Positions 1 to 11,400 of a DNA stretch of 64,000 nucleotides are shown in pieces. The notes under the pieces were generated by a model. It was given only the letters and a program-made list of their open reading frames with translations. It searched no databases and was not told the DNA's origin. The number at the start of each line of letters is the position of its first letter. Positions within the stretch are counted from its first letter, which is position 1. Where the stretch lies: the NCBI RefSeq assembly GCF_037042905.1, contig NC_087246.1, positions 12,090,001-12,154,000 on the forward strand, in the 5' to 3' direction. The DNA comes from Lytechinus pictus (taxonomy: Eukaryota). A program made the translations under genes and the position numbers.

Positions 1-5
1 GATGG

Positions 6-139
6 ATGACTGAGGATTCGCACGACGATGTCAAGAGCGAAGCCAAAATGCAGCCGTTCCTGATTGCGATATTTGGAAAAGTGGTGGGTATATTACCTCG
101 AAATGTGACTGAGAGACTTACTGGTGGTGAGGTATGCTG
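6..139 (+). CDS. Candidate first (or alternative first) coding exon of RFC5
   Basis: Frame is open from the window start, with in-frame ATGs at 6 and 48 (caaaATG). It ends TG|gtaagc, and this phase-2 junction gives W-VEKYRP with exon 5373. The conserved NLPW is missing, so the true exon 1 may lie upstream of the window. Confidence 0.3.
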
Positions 140-1506
140 GTAAGCGACCGGTGCGAAACTGCAATAGTGCCGACTGATTTTACTCGTGTGACTAGAATAT
201 GGTATTTAAAGGCCAAATTGTGGTTTAAAAACTTATTGGGGAATTTCAATTCCCCTGCTCTTGTCTTGTACATAGACGTGGCTTGAGCCTTGGCCCTGCG
301 CCCTTTTCTTGCCTTGGTCTTTGGGAACTACTCACAGATCTACTGCAACGCTCGACATTAGTGCCTTATAGCGGTGGCCCGGGGCCACCAGAAATTCACC
401 TCGGGCAACCATTATTGAAAAATGCTAAGTTTTGGTCACGTGGCCCGAATCGGGCAACCAATAATTTTCAAAGTAGCGCAATTTTTCACCCGATTTTGCA
501 CGCATTTATCGATCTGTTCAAATTGCAAGCCAGTTCGTCATGCAACATTTTCTCTGATCTACACACAAATACACACACACATTTATTGTTTATAAATGAC
601 TTCTTAAACAACTCTTGAGAAAGTAAATACTTCAGGAAGGCATTTCATTGATTGATATGAAATGTGAATTTTTCCGAGATATAGGCAAATATTGGGAAGG
701 ACTTTTCTCACACTTTTTTCCAGATATATATTTTGCCGTTATTTGTTTTTTCTTTCATTTTTTGACAGCGGTTAAACTATTTATACCCCTTCCCATTGAA
801 TTGTCTGATTAAAGAATATGTTGCTACTAAAACAGAAATTAATAATATAAACTAAAGGATATAAATATTAGAAATGCCCCATTCCCAATAGGTAAGTGAA
901 AATTATTTGCTTGGCTTTTAATTATTTTTCAGTCAGAATAGAGTGATGCCACAGCTGTTTAAACATATTTGAAATGGCTTCTTAATTTTTTTGCCTTTCT
1001 TTTCCCCTTTTCCCCATTTTTATTTTTATTTTGTTTTATTCATTTTTCTTTTCATGTTCTTTTCTTTTTATCCTTTTCTCTAAATTTTTTCTTTTTCTTT
1101 TTTTTTCCTGTTCGTTTTTTCTTTCTTCATTTTTTTTTCTTTTGTTTTATTTCACTTCTTTCTTTTATTATTTTTGTTTTCTTTTTGTAATATATTGTTT
1201 TGAAAATTATTTTCGTTTGTTTCCCCCTTTTATCGATTGTTCTAATTTTTCAGCATATTTTTTTGTGATTTTCTTCTGCTATAATATGCTGCAAAAGAGA
1301 AAACAAAAATATACTGGATTTTGGGCCTGCATACTCTAGGTTTTAGGATTTAAAGAGGAAGAAAGGAAAAAATCATTGTTTTGTAGATCTATCTGAGTTT
1401 GTAATGCATAATTTATTTACTTTACAATTATGAGTGTGTGTCTATATGTAGATCAAAGAAAAAAGTCCACACAACCTGAGAACAATTCAATTCATTTATT
1501 CTCTTT

Positions 1507-3892
1507 CAGGGTGCTACATAACTTTTTTGAAGCACTTGCCCAGTCGGGCAAGTGAATTCCTAAATAGTTTGAAAATACTTGCCAGAAAATATATTTCACT
1601 TGCCCGTAAAAAATCTTTCAAAATGTTTTACTGCTTCATTACTGCTTCATACACCATTGCTTTTTTCCTCTCATTTAAACATGAACTGGCCTGCGTACCT
1701 TGTATTTGTAATATTTGGGGTTTTTCCAAAATGATTTTATCTTGCCTGCCATGACTGAAATTAGTGTCAATATGCCATTTTATTAATTTCCTCTATCCTA
1801 TTTTTTCATGTACTTTTGTATATGACCAAGGCACAAAATAAAAAAGGGAATCACTGAAAATAACTAAAGGAAGAAAGAAAGAAGGAAAGAAGAAAGAAAG
1901 AGAGAAATAAAATGACAAAGAAGAAAAAAAAAGGAAAGGAAGGGAGGGTGAACAAATGGGTGAAAGAAAGAATGAAGGAGAGAGAAAAAAGGAAAGAAAG
2001 GAGAATGAAGAAGAAAGAAGGAAAAATGAAGTAAAGAAAATGAAAGAAAAAATGAAAAGAAAGAATAAAATGAGGATGAAAGAAATATTAAAATGAAAAT
2101 GGAAGAAAGAATAAAGGAAAGGAAAAATCCTTTATCCTTTTATATATAGAAAAAAACAAGAAAGGAAAGGAAGATTAATTAATGTGTCAAAAAAGGGGAC
2201 AAAAAAGAAAGTTAAGAAAAAAAGGAGGATGAAAGAATGAAGAAAAGATAAAGGTTTCCTTCATTCTTTGGAAGAAAGAATTAAGAGAAACAGGAAGGGA
2301 AGAAGGAAATAGCATTGAAGGAAAGAAATAAGGAGGGAAAAGAAAGAAGGAAAGAAGAAAATAAAGAATGAAAGAAAATATGAAAGAGAGGAAGGAAAGA
2401 ATCGGAAGAGAGAAAGGGGGATAAAGAAAGAAAATACTGGAAGAAAATTTAGAAGGAAAGAGAGAAGTGAACAAAAATAAAAAGGAGAGAAAGGGAGAAG
2501 GAAGCAAAGAAAAAATCAAGGAAAAAAGGATGAAGGAAATAAAAAAGAAGGAAAAAAGGAGAATAAGAAAAAGAAGGAAAGAAAGAAAAAGCAATGAGGG
2601 GCATAAGAACACAATTTATGAAGAAAATAAATGAACACAGACTTAAAGAAAGGAAGGAAAGCTAGGAAATTATAGGAAATAAAGAGAAACGGAATAAAAA
2701 AAGGAGGTCAGGAAGGATAGAAGAAAGGATGAAGAAAGAAGAAATGGAAAGAAAAAAAATCAGAGAAAAATCAGGAAGGAAATAATAAGGGAAAAGAAAA
2801 GGAAAAAAGAATGAAGCGAAGAGAAAATGGAAGAAACAAAAGAATGGAAGGAGGAAGGGAGCAAAGAATATTTTAAGGAAAGAAAGAAGAAAGGAAATAA
2901 AGAAAAAAAAATTAAGAAAAGGAAAGAAAGAAAAATGAACAGAGAGAGAGAAAGGATCAGCAAAAAAAGCTAGGAAAGAGTGAAAATGAAGAAAGATGGA
3001 ACAAAAAACACCAGCAGGAAGGATTGAAGAAAGGATAGAAAAGAAAAAGGACAGAAAGAAAGAAAGGAAGGAAGTAAAAAGAAAGAAAGAGAGGAAGAAA
3101 GTTCAAAGATAAAAAAAAAAAATCCAATCATCTATTTAACACATATCTTACTGATATTTGTTTTTTTTTCAATATATCTTAAAAATTGTTAGAAAATTAA
3201 ATGTTTTAGAACAAATAATATTTCAAAGCAAAAAATTAAGACAATGTCCAGGCCTGCAACGTCAAACTAAAAAATTAGATGAATCATCAAGGCATCACGC
3301 ACACGCAGCTACAAGTTTGCACTAATCACAAGACTTAAAACGAAAGCTGAAACAACTAGTTATGAAAACTCGATTACAAGTCCGATCACATCACCAAATC
3401 AGTACTCTGAAAATCCATATAGATCTAATTATTTAAAAAATCCTGCCGATTTGTGATTATTTTGGTGGAAAAACTATTTTGCAAGTGAGATTGTTCACTC
3501 TGATTGATCGGGAATGTACAGGACCGGAGTGCAGGTGTGCACGGCCTGCCTGCATGCCTGCCACACACAGGAGGAAGGCCCGGCCACGTGCACAAGCTAG
3601 TACATGTTTCTATGCTGACTTTGTGTGTGTGTGTCTTTGTGTGTAGATCTAAGAAAATAGCGCAAATCGGCTTGCAATATGAATTGAGGGAAGTTGTTAA
3701 CTTTGTGTTTTCTCTCTCTCTTCTGTCTTTTTTCTTGTGAAATATGTGAAAACTTTGTAAAATTTCATTTCACAGTGAGAATTTTGCTTGCCCGATTAGG
3801 GCAAGCAGTTTTTGTTTTTACTTCAAAACACTTGCCCGACTCTAACTTTTACTTGCCCCGGGCAATCGGGCAAGCGCTTATGTCACACCCTG
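1507..3892. mobile_element. Nested non-autonomous TIR element (CAGGGTG termini) with purine-rich interior
   Basis: TIRs cagggtgctacataa / ttatgtcacaccctg; flanking duplication ctcttt; repeated cttgccc..gggcaag subterminal palindromes; same family as 48460-48856. Confidence 0.8.
1850..3120. repeat. A/G-rich low-complexity tract
   Basis: About 1.3 kb of nearly pure purine (GAAA/GGAA variants); source of the spurious F/L/S ORFs. Confidence 0.9.
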
Positions 3893-4601
3893 CTCTTTCA
3901 ATCATTTCATATTTACAGTGATAGAACAATTTATATTTTACCACAAATCAATTTGTAAAGTATAAAAATAGCAAAGTTTACATACAAGATGTACAAAGTG
4001 AAAGTAACTTAGTGGTAGTGGCTGCAGAATTAATATTTCACAAGTTTGTTTTATTAATTTTTAATGTTTTTCTTTATATTTTTCAGGCCACCAAACTTTA
4101 ATATCAGGCCACCAAAAAAATATATGAAGGTTTTAGTGGCCCGAACGGGCCACCACCAAAAAAAGTTGATGTGGAGCCTTGTCTACTGACCAAGTTACTT
4201 AGACCTCACTCTAACTCTACAGTCAGTCAAGACAGGGCCAGGGCTGACATTGCCAAACTAACACTTAAAAGTAATGGTGCTCGGCCCGGTAGACCTAGCC
4301 AGGGGTGAGAGGAGGAGGCTCCTGGAGATTAATTCATTAACTACGTAGGTTAATCTCCACAGAGCCAGGGTTGCAGTACACGCACCATCATTTTTCCCAC
4401 GATTAAAGCTCCTCAAAATCACAACTTTTCTTTAGGGTCTTAATTGAGCCCAAACTTATATGTAAATGGGCTATAATATCCTTTTAACCCTTATGGCCAA
4501 CATTTTTATAGTTTAACACAAAATGACATATTAAATTTATAAAAAAATTGTAAGGAGATGAGCATTTACTATTGTCGCCATCTTGTCTTTGTTATTGTAG
4601 C

Positions 4602-4835
4602 CTAGCTTCCGGACGCGTCTTGAGGGCGGCAACATCATGAGCGGTGCTAGATAAAAAATGTGTTCATTCGCGGATAAAATATGAATCTCACCTCGATGCT
4701 AAATCCCGTTTCAACCGGTCGTCTAGTGCGCGAGATATTTAGCATTGAGGTGAGATTCATGATATTTATCGGCAAATGCAAATTTTTTATCTAGCACCGC
4801 TCATGTTGCCGACCTCAAGACATGTTTATGGCTAG
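4602..4835. mobile_element. Palindromic MITE
   Basis: ~90-100 bp inverted arms (gtcttgagg..catgagcggtgctagataaaaaat..atgaatctcacctc..atgctaaat and its reverse complement) around a short spacer. Confidence 0.75.
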
Positions 4836-5372
4836 AGTCTGGAAAATGTGTAATTAGCAAGTCCCCAATGGGTTGCAATAACTTGCTTAGTGTTAGAGCA
4901 GTGGAATACCTGTAGGTTTAATCATAAGTGAAATGATAATCAACAAAATGTTTTTGTTAAAAAAAAATTTGGGCTAGTCTGCTGCTACTCAGCAACAATT
5001 ATTTAATGAGACAATACTACATGTTCTAAATCCACACCCAACATTTGAATCTGCCCAAATTTTACTTTTATAACTATGTCAACATCCCTTGAACACACTT
5101 GACCTTCATCTGTGCTGTTGTGAAACCGATGTTTGTATAGTTCAAAGTTTATGTGAACTTACTTGCTAAATTCACTACTACTACTAGCCAAAATTTTGGT
5201 CAGTCAAGCATTAATTGCCATTGTCAAAATATTTTGTGTCCTCTCTAGCCTATTTTGCTTTCCTTCAAATTTTCAGAACTTGAACATTTGATGTTTAGGA
5301 GTATGTCAGCCTTCCGCAAAGGGTGGTTAATAGATTAATAGAATAATTGTTCTCTTTCATTTTGGTTTACAG

Positions 5373-5437
5373 GGTTGAGAAATATCGACCCAATTCACTA
5401 GATGACCTCATCTCACATACAGAAATCATCAACACCA
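5373..5437 (+). CDS. RFC5: RFC5 exon ([21 protein letters not shown])
   Basis: tttacag acceptor, gtaagt donor, RFC VEKYRP motif. Confidence 0.95.
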
Positions 5438-8400
5438 GTAAGTAGAAGGGTAACTTACCACTTGGTCAAATTCGTTTATATCTAATGCCTGTTTAGTCAG
5501 ATAATCTTATCCCAGATGATGATAATGATGGTGCTGCTACTACTACTGCTGCTGCTGATGGTGGTAATGTTGTTAATGCTGCTGCCTGTTGATGATGATA
5601 ATGGTGATGATGATCTTCTTGATGATGATGGTGATATTGGTGATGATGATGTCTGTGATTGTGGTGATGGAGATGCACTGGTGTTATTGTTGATGATGAT
5701 AATGGTGATGATAATGATGATGTTGATAATAGTGATGGTGATTTTGATCATAATGGTGGTGTTGATGATCATAATGGTGATGGTAGTGGTGGTGATTATC
5801 ATCATGATGGTGACAATGAATGATGACGATGGTGGTGATGGCGATGATGTTGATGGTGGTGATGTTAATTCTGAAGATAATTGTGATACTTATGTTGATC
5901 ATGATGATTTTTATGATATTGATACATGTAGTTGATCTTGTAAAGGCAGTCATATCATACTTTACTATATTGATATCTTTTAAAACATCTGATTGCAGTT
6001 CAGAAATTCATAAAGGAAGATCGCCTACCCCATCTGCTCTTCTATGGACCACCAGGTACAGGGAAAACATCCACCATCTTGGCGGTTGCTAAGCAACTAT
6101 ACTCTCCCAAGGAATTCAACTCAATGGTCCTGGAGGTTGGTATTATGCTCAGGATTGTTAGAAGATGTTCTGTCTCTTTGGACTAATATTATTGAAATAA
6201 GTGATGAATCTTGTAAGTCAAACTACATTGTGCTTTCTCAATTTTTTCCCAATGATCGCAAGACTTTGTACGCACTTAAGTCTCGGAGTGAAGACGTGCA
6301 AGACACCTTTTTTAATCTGTATTGTGTTGCCACTTTAATGGCATATGGCAATTTTTCAAAGTCTTGTAGAGCAAACTACTTCCTCAGTTCCCACCCAACA
6401 CTCAAGAGACTGGCATACGCATTGGTCTCCGACTTTAGACATACAATTCACGTTTTTAATGTGTTGAATACTGAATTGCCGTGGTTACAACAAATGGCAA
6501 CAAATCAGGGAGTAATCTAGTATGGCAAACTACTTCCTCAATTTTCAGCCAATACTCATGGGCTTTATTACACACCTTGGTATTGGAGTACAATATTTGA
6601 GTGTGGCAGAAACTGTTGCTTCAGGAATGACTCGTGGTGTTAAATATATTTTGTCTCTTTCATCAGGCTGCTAAGTTAGGTAAGGGATATTAGTCACTTT
6701 CAGTGATATATTATTTTCTTTGAGTTGAATTGATTTAGAATGACCATGGATCCTAGGATCCATGGAATGACCAACATCTCTTGTTCTTCTCTTAGCTCAA
6801 TGCATCGGATGATAGAGGTATTGGTATTGTCAGAGGTAGTATCTTGAACTTTGCTAGCACCAGGACCATCTTCAAATCGGGTTTCAAGCTTGTCATCCTA
6901 GATGAAGCTGATGCAATGACCAACGATGCTCAAAACGCTCTAAGGAGAGGTAAGAATCATTCTCAGAAAAAAATGAGGATTGATCAGCTGATGAATATAT
7001 ATCAAAAGGATATATTATCTTTGTCCAAAGTATAAAGTTATCTTCTGACATAATGAGAGCCGAGAGGTATACTGTTTTCTTCTAGTGTATAATCATAGAT
7101 ACCTTAAAGTTTAAGACAAAATTGAAGTGAATAACTATGTAAAAGAGTGACAAATACTCAAGTTTTGCTGTAAGCCATATCTGACAGTACCCTGTGGGCA
7201 GAGCATGTGCTTAGGCCAAAGCAGTGGGCTTTGATAAATGGGAGAGCTGTGCCTCCCAGAACAATTGTTAATTCTTGTATGGTTGTACGCTATTGAGAAA
7301 TGAATTTTCTATCACAAGTATATTTATATATGCATGATTGTTTAGTAATTTATTATGCTTAGGCTCACAATAATATATTCCCCATGAAAAGAGAAGAACA
7401 ATCATTTCAATTTTCAAGCTACCATGTATTATGATGTTAATGATAGTGTAGTAATATTGTTCCATTTATATAGCACAGTATCACTATCTTTCTAGGCATT
7501 TTATTTTATAGTCTAATGCACTTTCCAATTTGTGAATGATGTTTTTTTTTAAATGATTTCTTTCAATTTGAATTGTTTCCGTTCCACAGTAATTGAAAAG
7601 TTCACAGAGAACACTCGATTCTGCTTCATCTGCAACTACCTGTCCAAGATCATCCCAGCCCTACAGTCCAGGTGCACCCGCTTCCGCTTCGGTCCCCTTG
7701 ACAACCAACAAATAGTACCCAGACTGGAGTATGTTGTTAGGGAAGAAAAGTAAGACAATGACCTGTATTTACAAAAGATTACTTTGAAAAAGCATTGTCA
7801 CCTGGCATGAATAATAATAATGGGCATTTATATAGCATCATCTTTCTAGATATAATGTACTCTATTATTACCCTGGCTTATAGTACCATGCTTATTTTTG
7901 CTAATTTCTCAGCAATTCAACACATTATACCAGAATCATAAGGCATTTAATTACTTTTCTGCATGTACCCTCACCAAACAAAGTTTGAATGTGGTAGATG
8001 GTTGGCTGGTCCACAGCAAATATTGCGATCAGACTGCTTCCTCATTTTTTTTCCAATGCTCACGATTCTTAGCACACTTGGATTGAAGATGTGCAAGATA
8101 TATTTTTTGTGAATGTGTCACAATCTGTGTTACCATGATAAAACACTTTATAGCAATGAAACATGGATGGATCGATCGGAGCAAACTACTGCCTAGGTTT
8201 TTACCCATTGATCATGAGACTTGGCACATAGATTGATCTTGGAGTGAAGACATACAAAACATATTTTTTAAATGTGTCAGATGATATGTTGTTTTTGTAA
8301 TGGTAAATTACGGCAATTGTGCTGGATTCATAAGATAGACTGGATTTCTTAGGAAGTCATGAAGAGAGTATGGGATAATCTTGTGTCTTTATTGTCTTGG

Positions 8401-11400
8401 GAGAAAATTTAACTCAGAAAATGTAAACAATGTTTGTTTTATATATTATAGTCAGTAAAAACTTTTTGATTTAAGCAATTATTGGGCTTATAAAAGGTCA
8501 ACCTATGAATATTTTATAGGTTGACGTTATATTCCATCAGTTCAGTATTCTGGTATTTGCCATTACTTGATATAAGGATTAATAATTTCATATATTATTT
8601 TTCTGCAATGTCCTTTAGTGATTTCTTGAATGGTTACATAAGAATTCTATATTTCATTGTGGTTTGCAGTGTTGATATGACGGAGGATGGTAAAAAAGCT
8701 CTCATCACATTATCCAAGGGAGACATGAGACGAGTCATCAACATCTTACAGGTGTGTGATTTCATCTAACTTTTCTTGACATGATGAATTATTTCAAGTT
8801 TGATGTTCACCTGCTTTGGTGTTGATATTCTGCCAACTTGAACTTGTTCATCATCACAGCAAGCTATCCTGTGATAAATATCATTATCTCTAAGGGATAA
8901 TTTGTAAGTCATTGCTTTGATGAGTTTTGCAAAATTTCCTGCTACTTTGGAGTCAATTTTTAATTATCTTTGTATACTTATTAATTTTGACAGTTATAGT
9001 GGATTTTTGTATCATCTTTCAGCCATCCACAATTATTCATTTGATGCTGCACTTAATTTGTAGGTGATTTTTGCCAGTTGTCCATTCACCTTACCTGGGT
9101 CAGGGGTGGCAGATGTAGACAAATGTATATCAAAAGTGTTCGTGCCAAGGGAGATTTCAACTCTTTATATTCTAGCTTACCTGGGTCTGGGGCGTGAGAT
9201 TCAGAAAAAAATGCCTTTCAAATGATGTTGTTGAGGTCATTTATTGTCCACCATTTAATTAGACTTGTCCATGTGATTTTCTTTGTAGAGCACTTCAATG
9301 GCACATGAGAATGTAACAGAAGAAAACGTTTATCTGTGTACCGGTCATCCACTGAGGTCAGACATAGAGAACATTGTTAATTGGATGCTGAATGAAGACT
9401 TTACAGCAGCTTTTAACTGTATCCTTTTAATGATGAAATTGCCCAATAACAGAGCCCTGTTCCTAAAATATTACTATAATTGCAACCTTGATATCCAATG
9501 GAAACTGGTAGCAATGCTCAACAGCCAAAGAAAATCAAGGATTCTAATGAAAGTATCATTGCATGGCAGATTTACCATAAAAGTTACCTTTATGGAACAG
9601 TCCCGGTACAAATTTGTATATTTTATAGATATGAAAGTTTTCTCCAAGGATTATTTTCCTCTGCTCAAATTGAAGAAATAGCATTTCCATCCCATATCTG
9701 AACTTGGGTTTCACAGGTTTAATTTTAACTTTGGTCAAGAGCTTAAGTTTAAATATGGAAAGCTGAATGTGACACAAATCTTTAACAGTGGAGGTTCAAT
9801 TTTGCTTGAATGCTCCCAGGGAGTTGTAATAGTGCATACAATGTGTGTGGGCAAGCCAGCATCTGATGACCGGGGTAATATATCTCAAAATTTTAAATGC
9901 TTAGACGAGCCATCTCGTTGAATTATTGTATCCCCCTAACAGAGTTCGGAGGATACTATGGATTTGGCCTCGTCACGCCGCTGCCGCGTCCACCGCCGCA
10001 GAGATTTTCTTGTGAGTGCTCTATCAGCTGCATTTCTTCTCCGATCATCTTCAAATTTGGCATGAAGGTCAAGTATGGTATAGCGAAGCCGCCTATTGAT
10101 TTTGGTGTGGGCGGAGACATCGTTGCCATGGTAACAAGAGTTTATGTGAAATAGCAGAGATGTCCTTGTCAGCACTCTACCAGCTGCATTTCTTCTGCGA
10201 TCATCTTCAAATGTGGCATGAAGGTCCATTATGGTTAAGCAAAGCCGCCTATTGATTTTGGTGTGGGCGGAGACATCGTTTGCCATGGTAACAAGAGTTT
10301 ATGTGGAATAGCAGAGATGTCCTTGTGAGCGCTCTACCAGCTGCATTTCTTCTCCAATCATCTTCAAATGTAGCATGAAGGTCCATTATGGTAAAGCAAA
10401 GCCGCCTATCGATTTTTGGTGTGGGCGGAGACAACGTTGCCATGGTAACCAGTTGTTGTGGAAATAGCAGAGATGTCCTTGTGAGCGCTCTACCAGCTGC
10501 ATTACTTCTCCGATCATCTTCAAATGTGGCATGAAGGTCCATTATGGTAAAGCTAAGCCGCCTAGTGATGTTGATGTGGGTGGAGACATCGTTGCCATGG
10601 TAATGAGTATTTGTGGAAATAGCAGTTTTGAGCGCTCTACCAGCTGCATTTCTTCTCTGATCATCTTCAAATGTGGCATGAAGGCAGTCCATTATGGTAA
10701 AGCAAAGCCGCGTATTGATTTTGGTGTGGGCTGAGACTTTGTTGCCTTGGTAACAAGAGTTTTTGAGGAAATAGCAGAGATGTCCTTGTGAGTGCTCTAC
10801 CAGCTGCATTTCTTCTCCGATCATCTTCAAATGTGGCATGAAGGTCCATTAAGCAAAGCCGCCTATTTATTTTGGTGTGGGCGTAGACATCATTGCCATG
10901 GTAACAAGAGTTTTTGTGGAAATAGAGATTTCCTTGTGAGTGCTCTACTGGCTGTTTTTTTTTCTCCAATTATCTTCAAATTTGTCATGAAGGTCCATTA
11001 TGGTAAAGCAAAGCCGCCTAATGGTTTTGGAGTGGGTGCAGTGGCGTAAAAGGCGGGGGGGGCAGGGGGGGCAAGTTGCCCCCCCTGGCGGATTTCACCA
11101 GGAAAATAAAAGAAAAACAGGAAAAATAAAAAAAGGAGGGAGAAAGAAAAGGTAAGGAGGAAAGGGAAAGAGAAAAGTGAAAAGAAAACGAAGAAAAAAC
11201 TTTTTTAAATGGGAAAGGAAGGAAAGCGGGAAAATGTACGAAAGGAGAACATTTGAGAAAGAACAAATCATTGAGAAATAGGCCTATGTAATGCAATAGC
11301 ATGGTGGGAAATAAATTTAAAGATGGCAAAATGGCAAACAATAGCGGGAAACGAAGGTAGAATGTAATTATTCAAAAGCTAAATTGGAAAACAAAGAAAA

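Larger units (their letters stand above)
346..4181. mobile_element. Non-autonomous TIR DNA transposon (outer element) with 7-bp TSD
   Basis: Termini caacgctcgacatta / tgatgtggagccttg; TSD tctactg at 339-345 and 4182-4188; subterminal tggcccg..gggccacc palindromes; no transposase ORF. Confidence 0.75.

Noticed and set aside
969-2963. F/L/S-rich membrane-protein-like ORFs
   Set aside because: Low-complexity purine and pyrimidine tracts inside transposons.
5493-6092. Poly-H/D/M/I ORFs on both strands
   Set aside because: Translation artefacts of the intronic (GAT)n microsatellite.
6044-6520. 158-aa ORF overlapping the RFC5 Walker A exon
   Set aside because: Different frame running into the intron, with no recognisable motif.
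10007-11038. CRISPR-like or coding repeat array (ORFs up to 196 aa)
   Set aside because: Units are contiguous with no unique spacers, there are no cas genes, indels break the frames, and the array lies inside a HINE in a eukaryotic intron.
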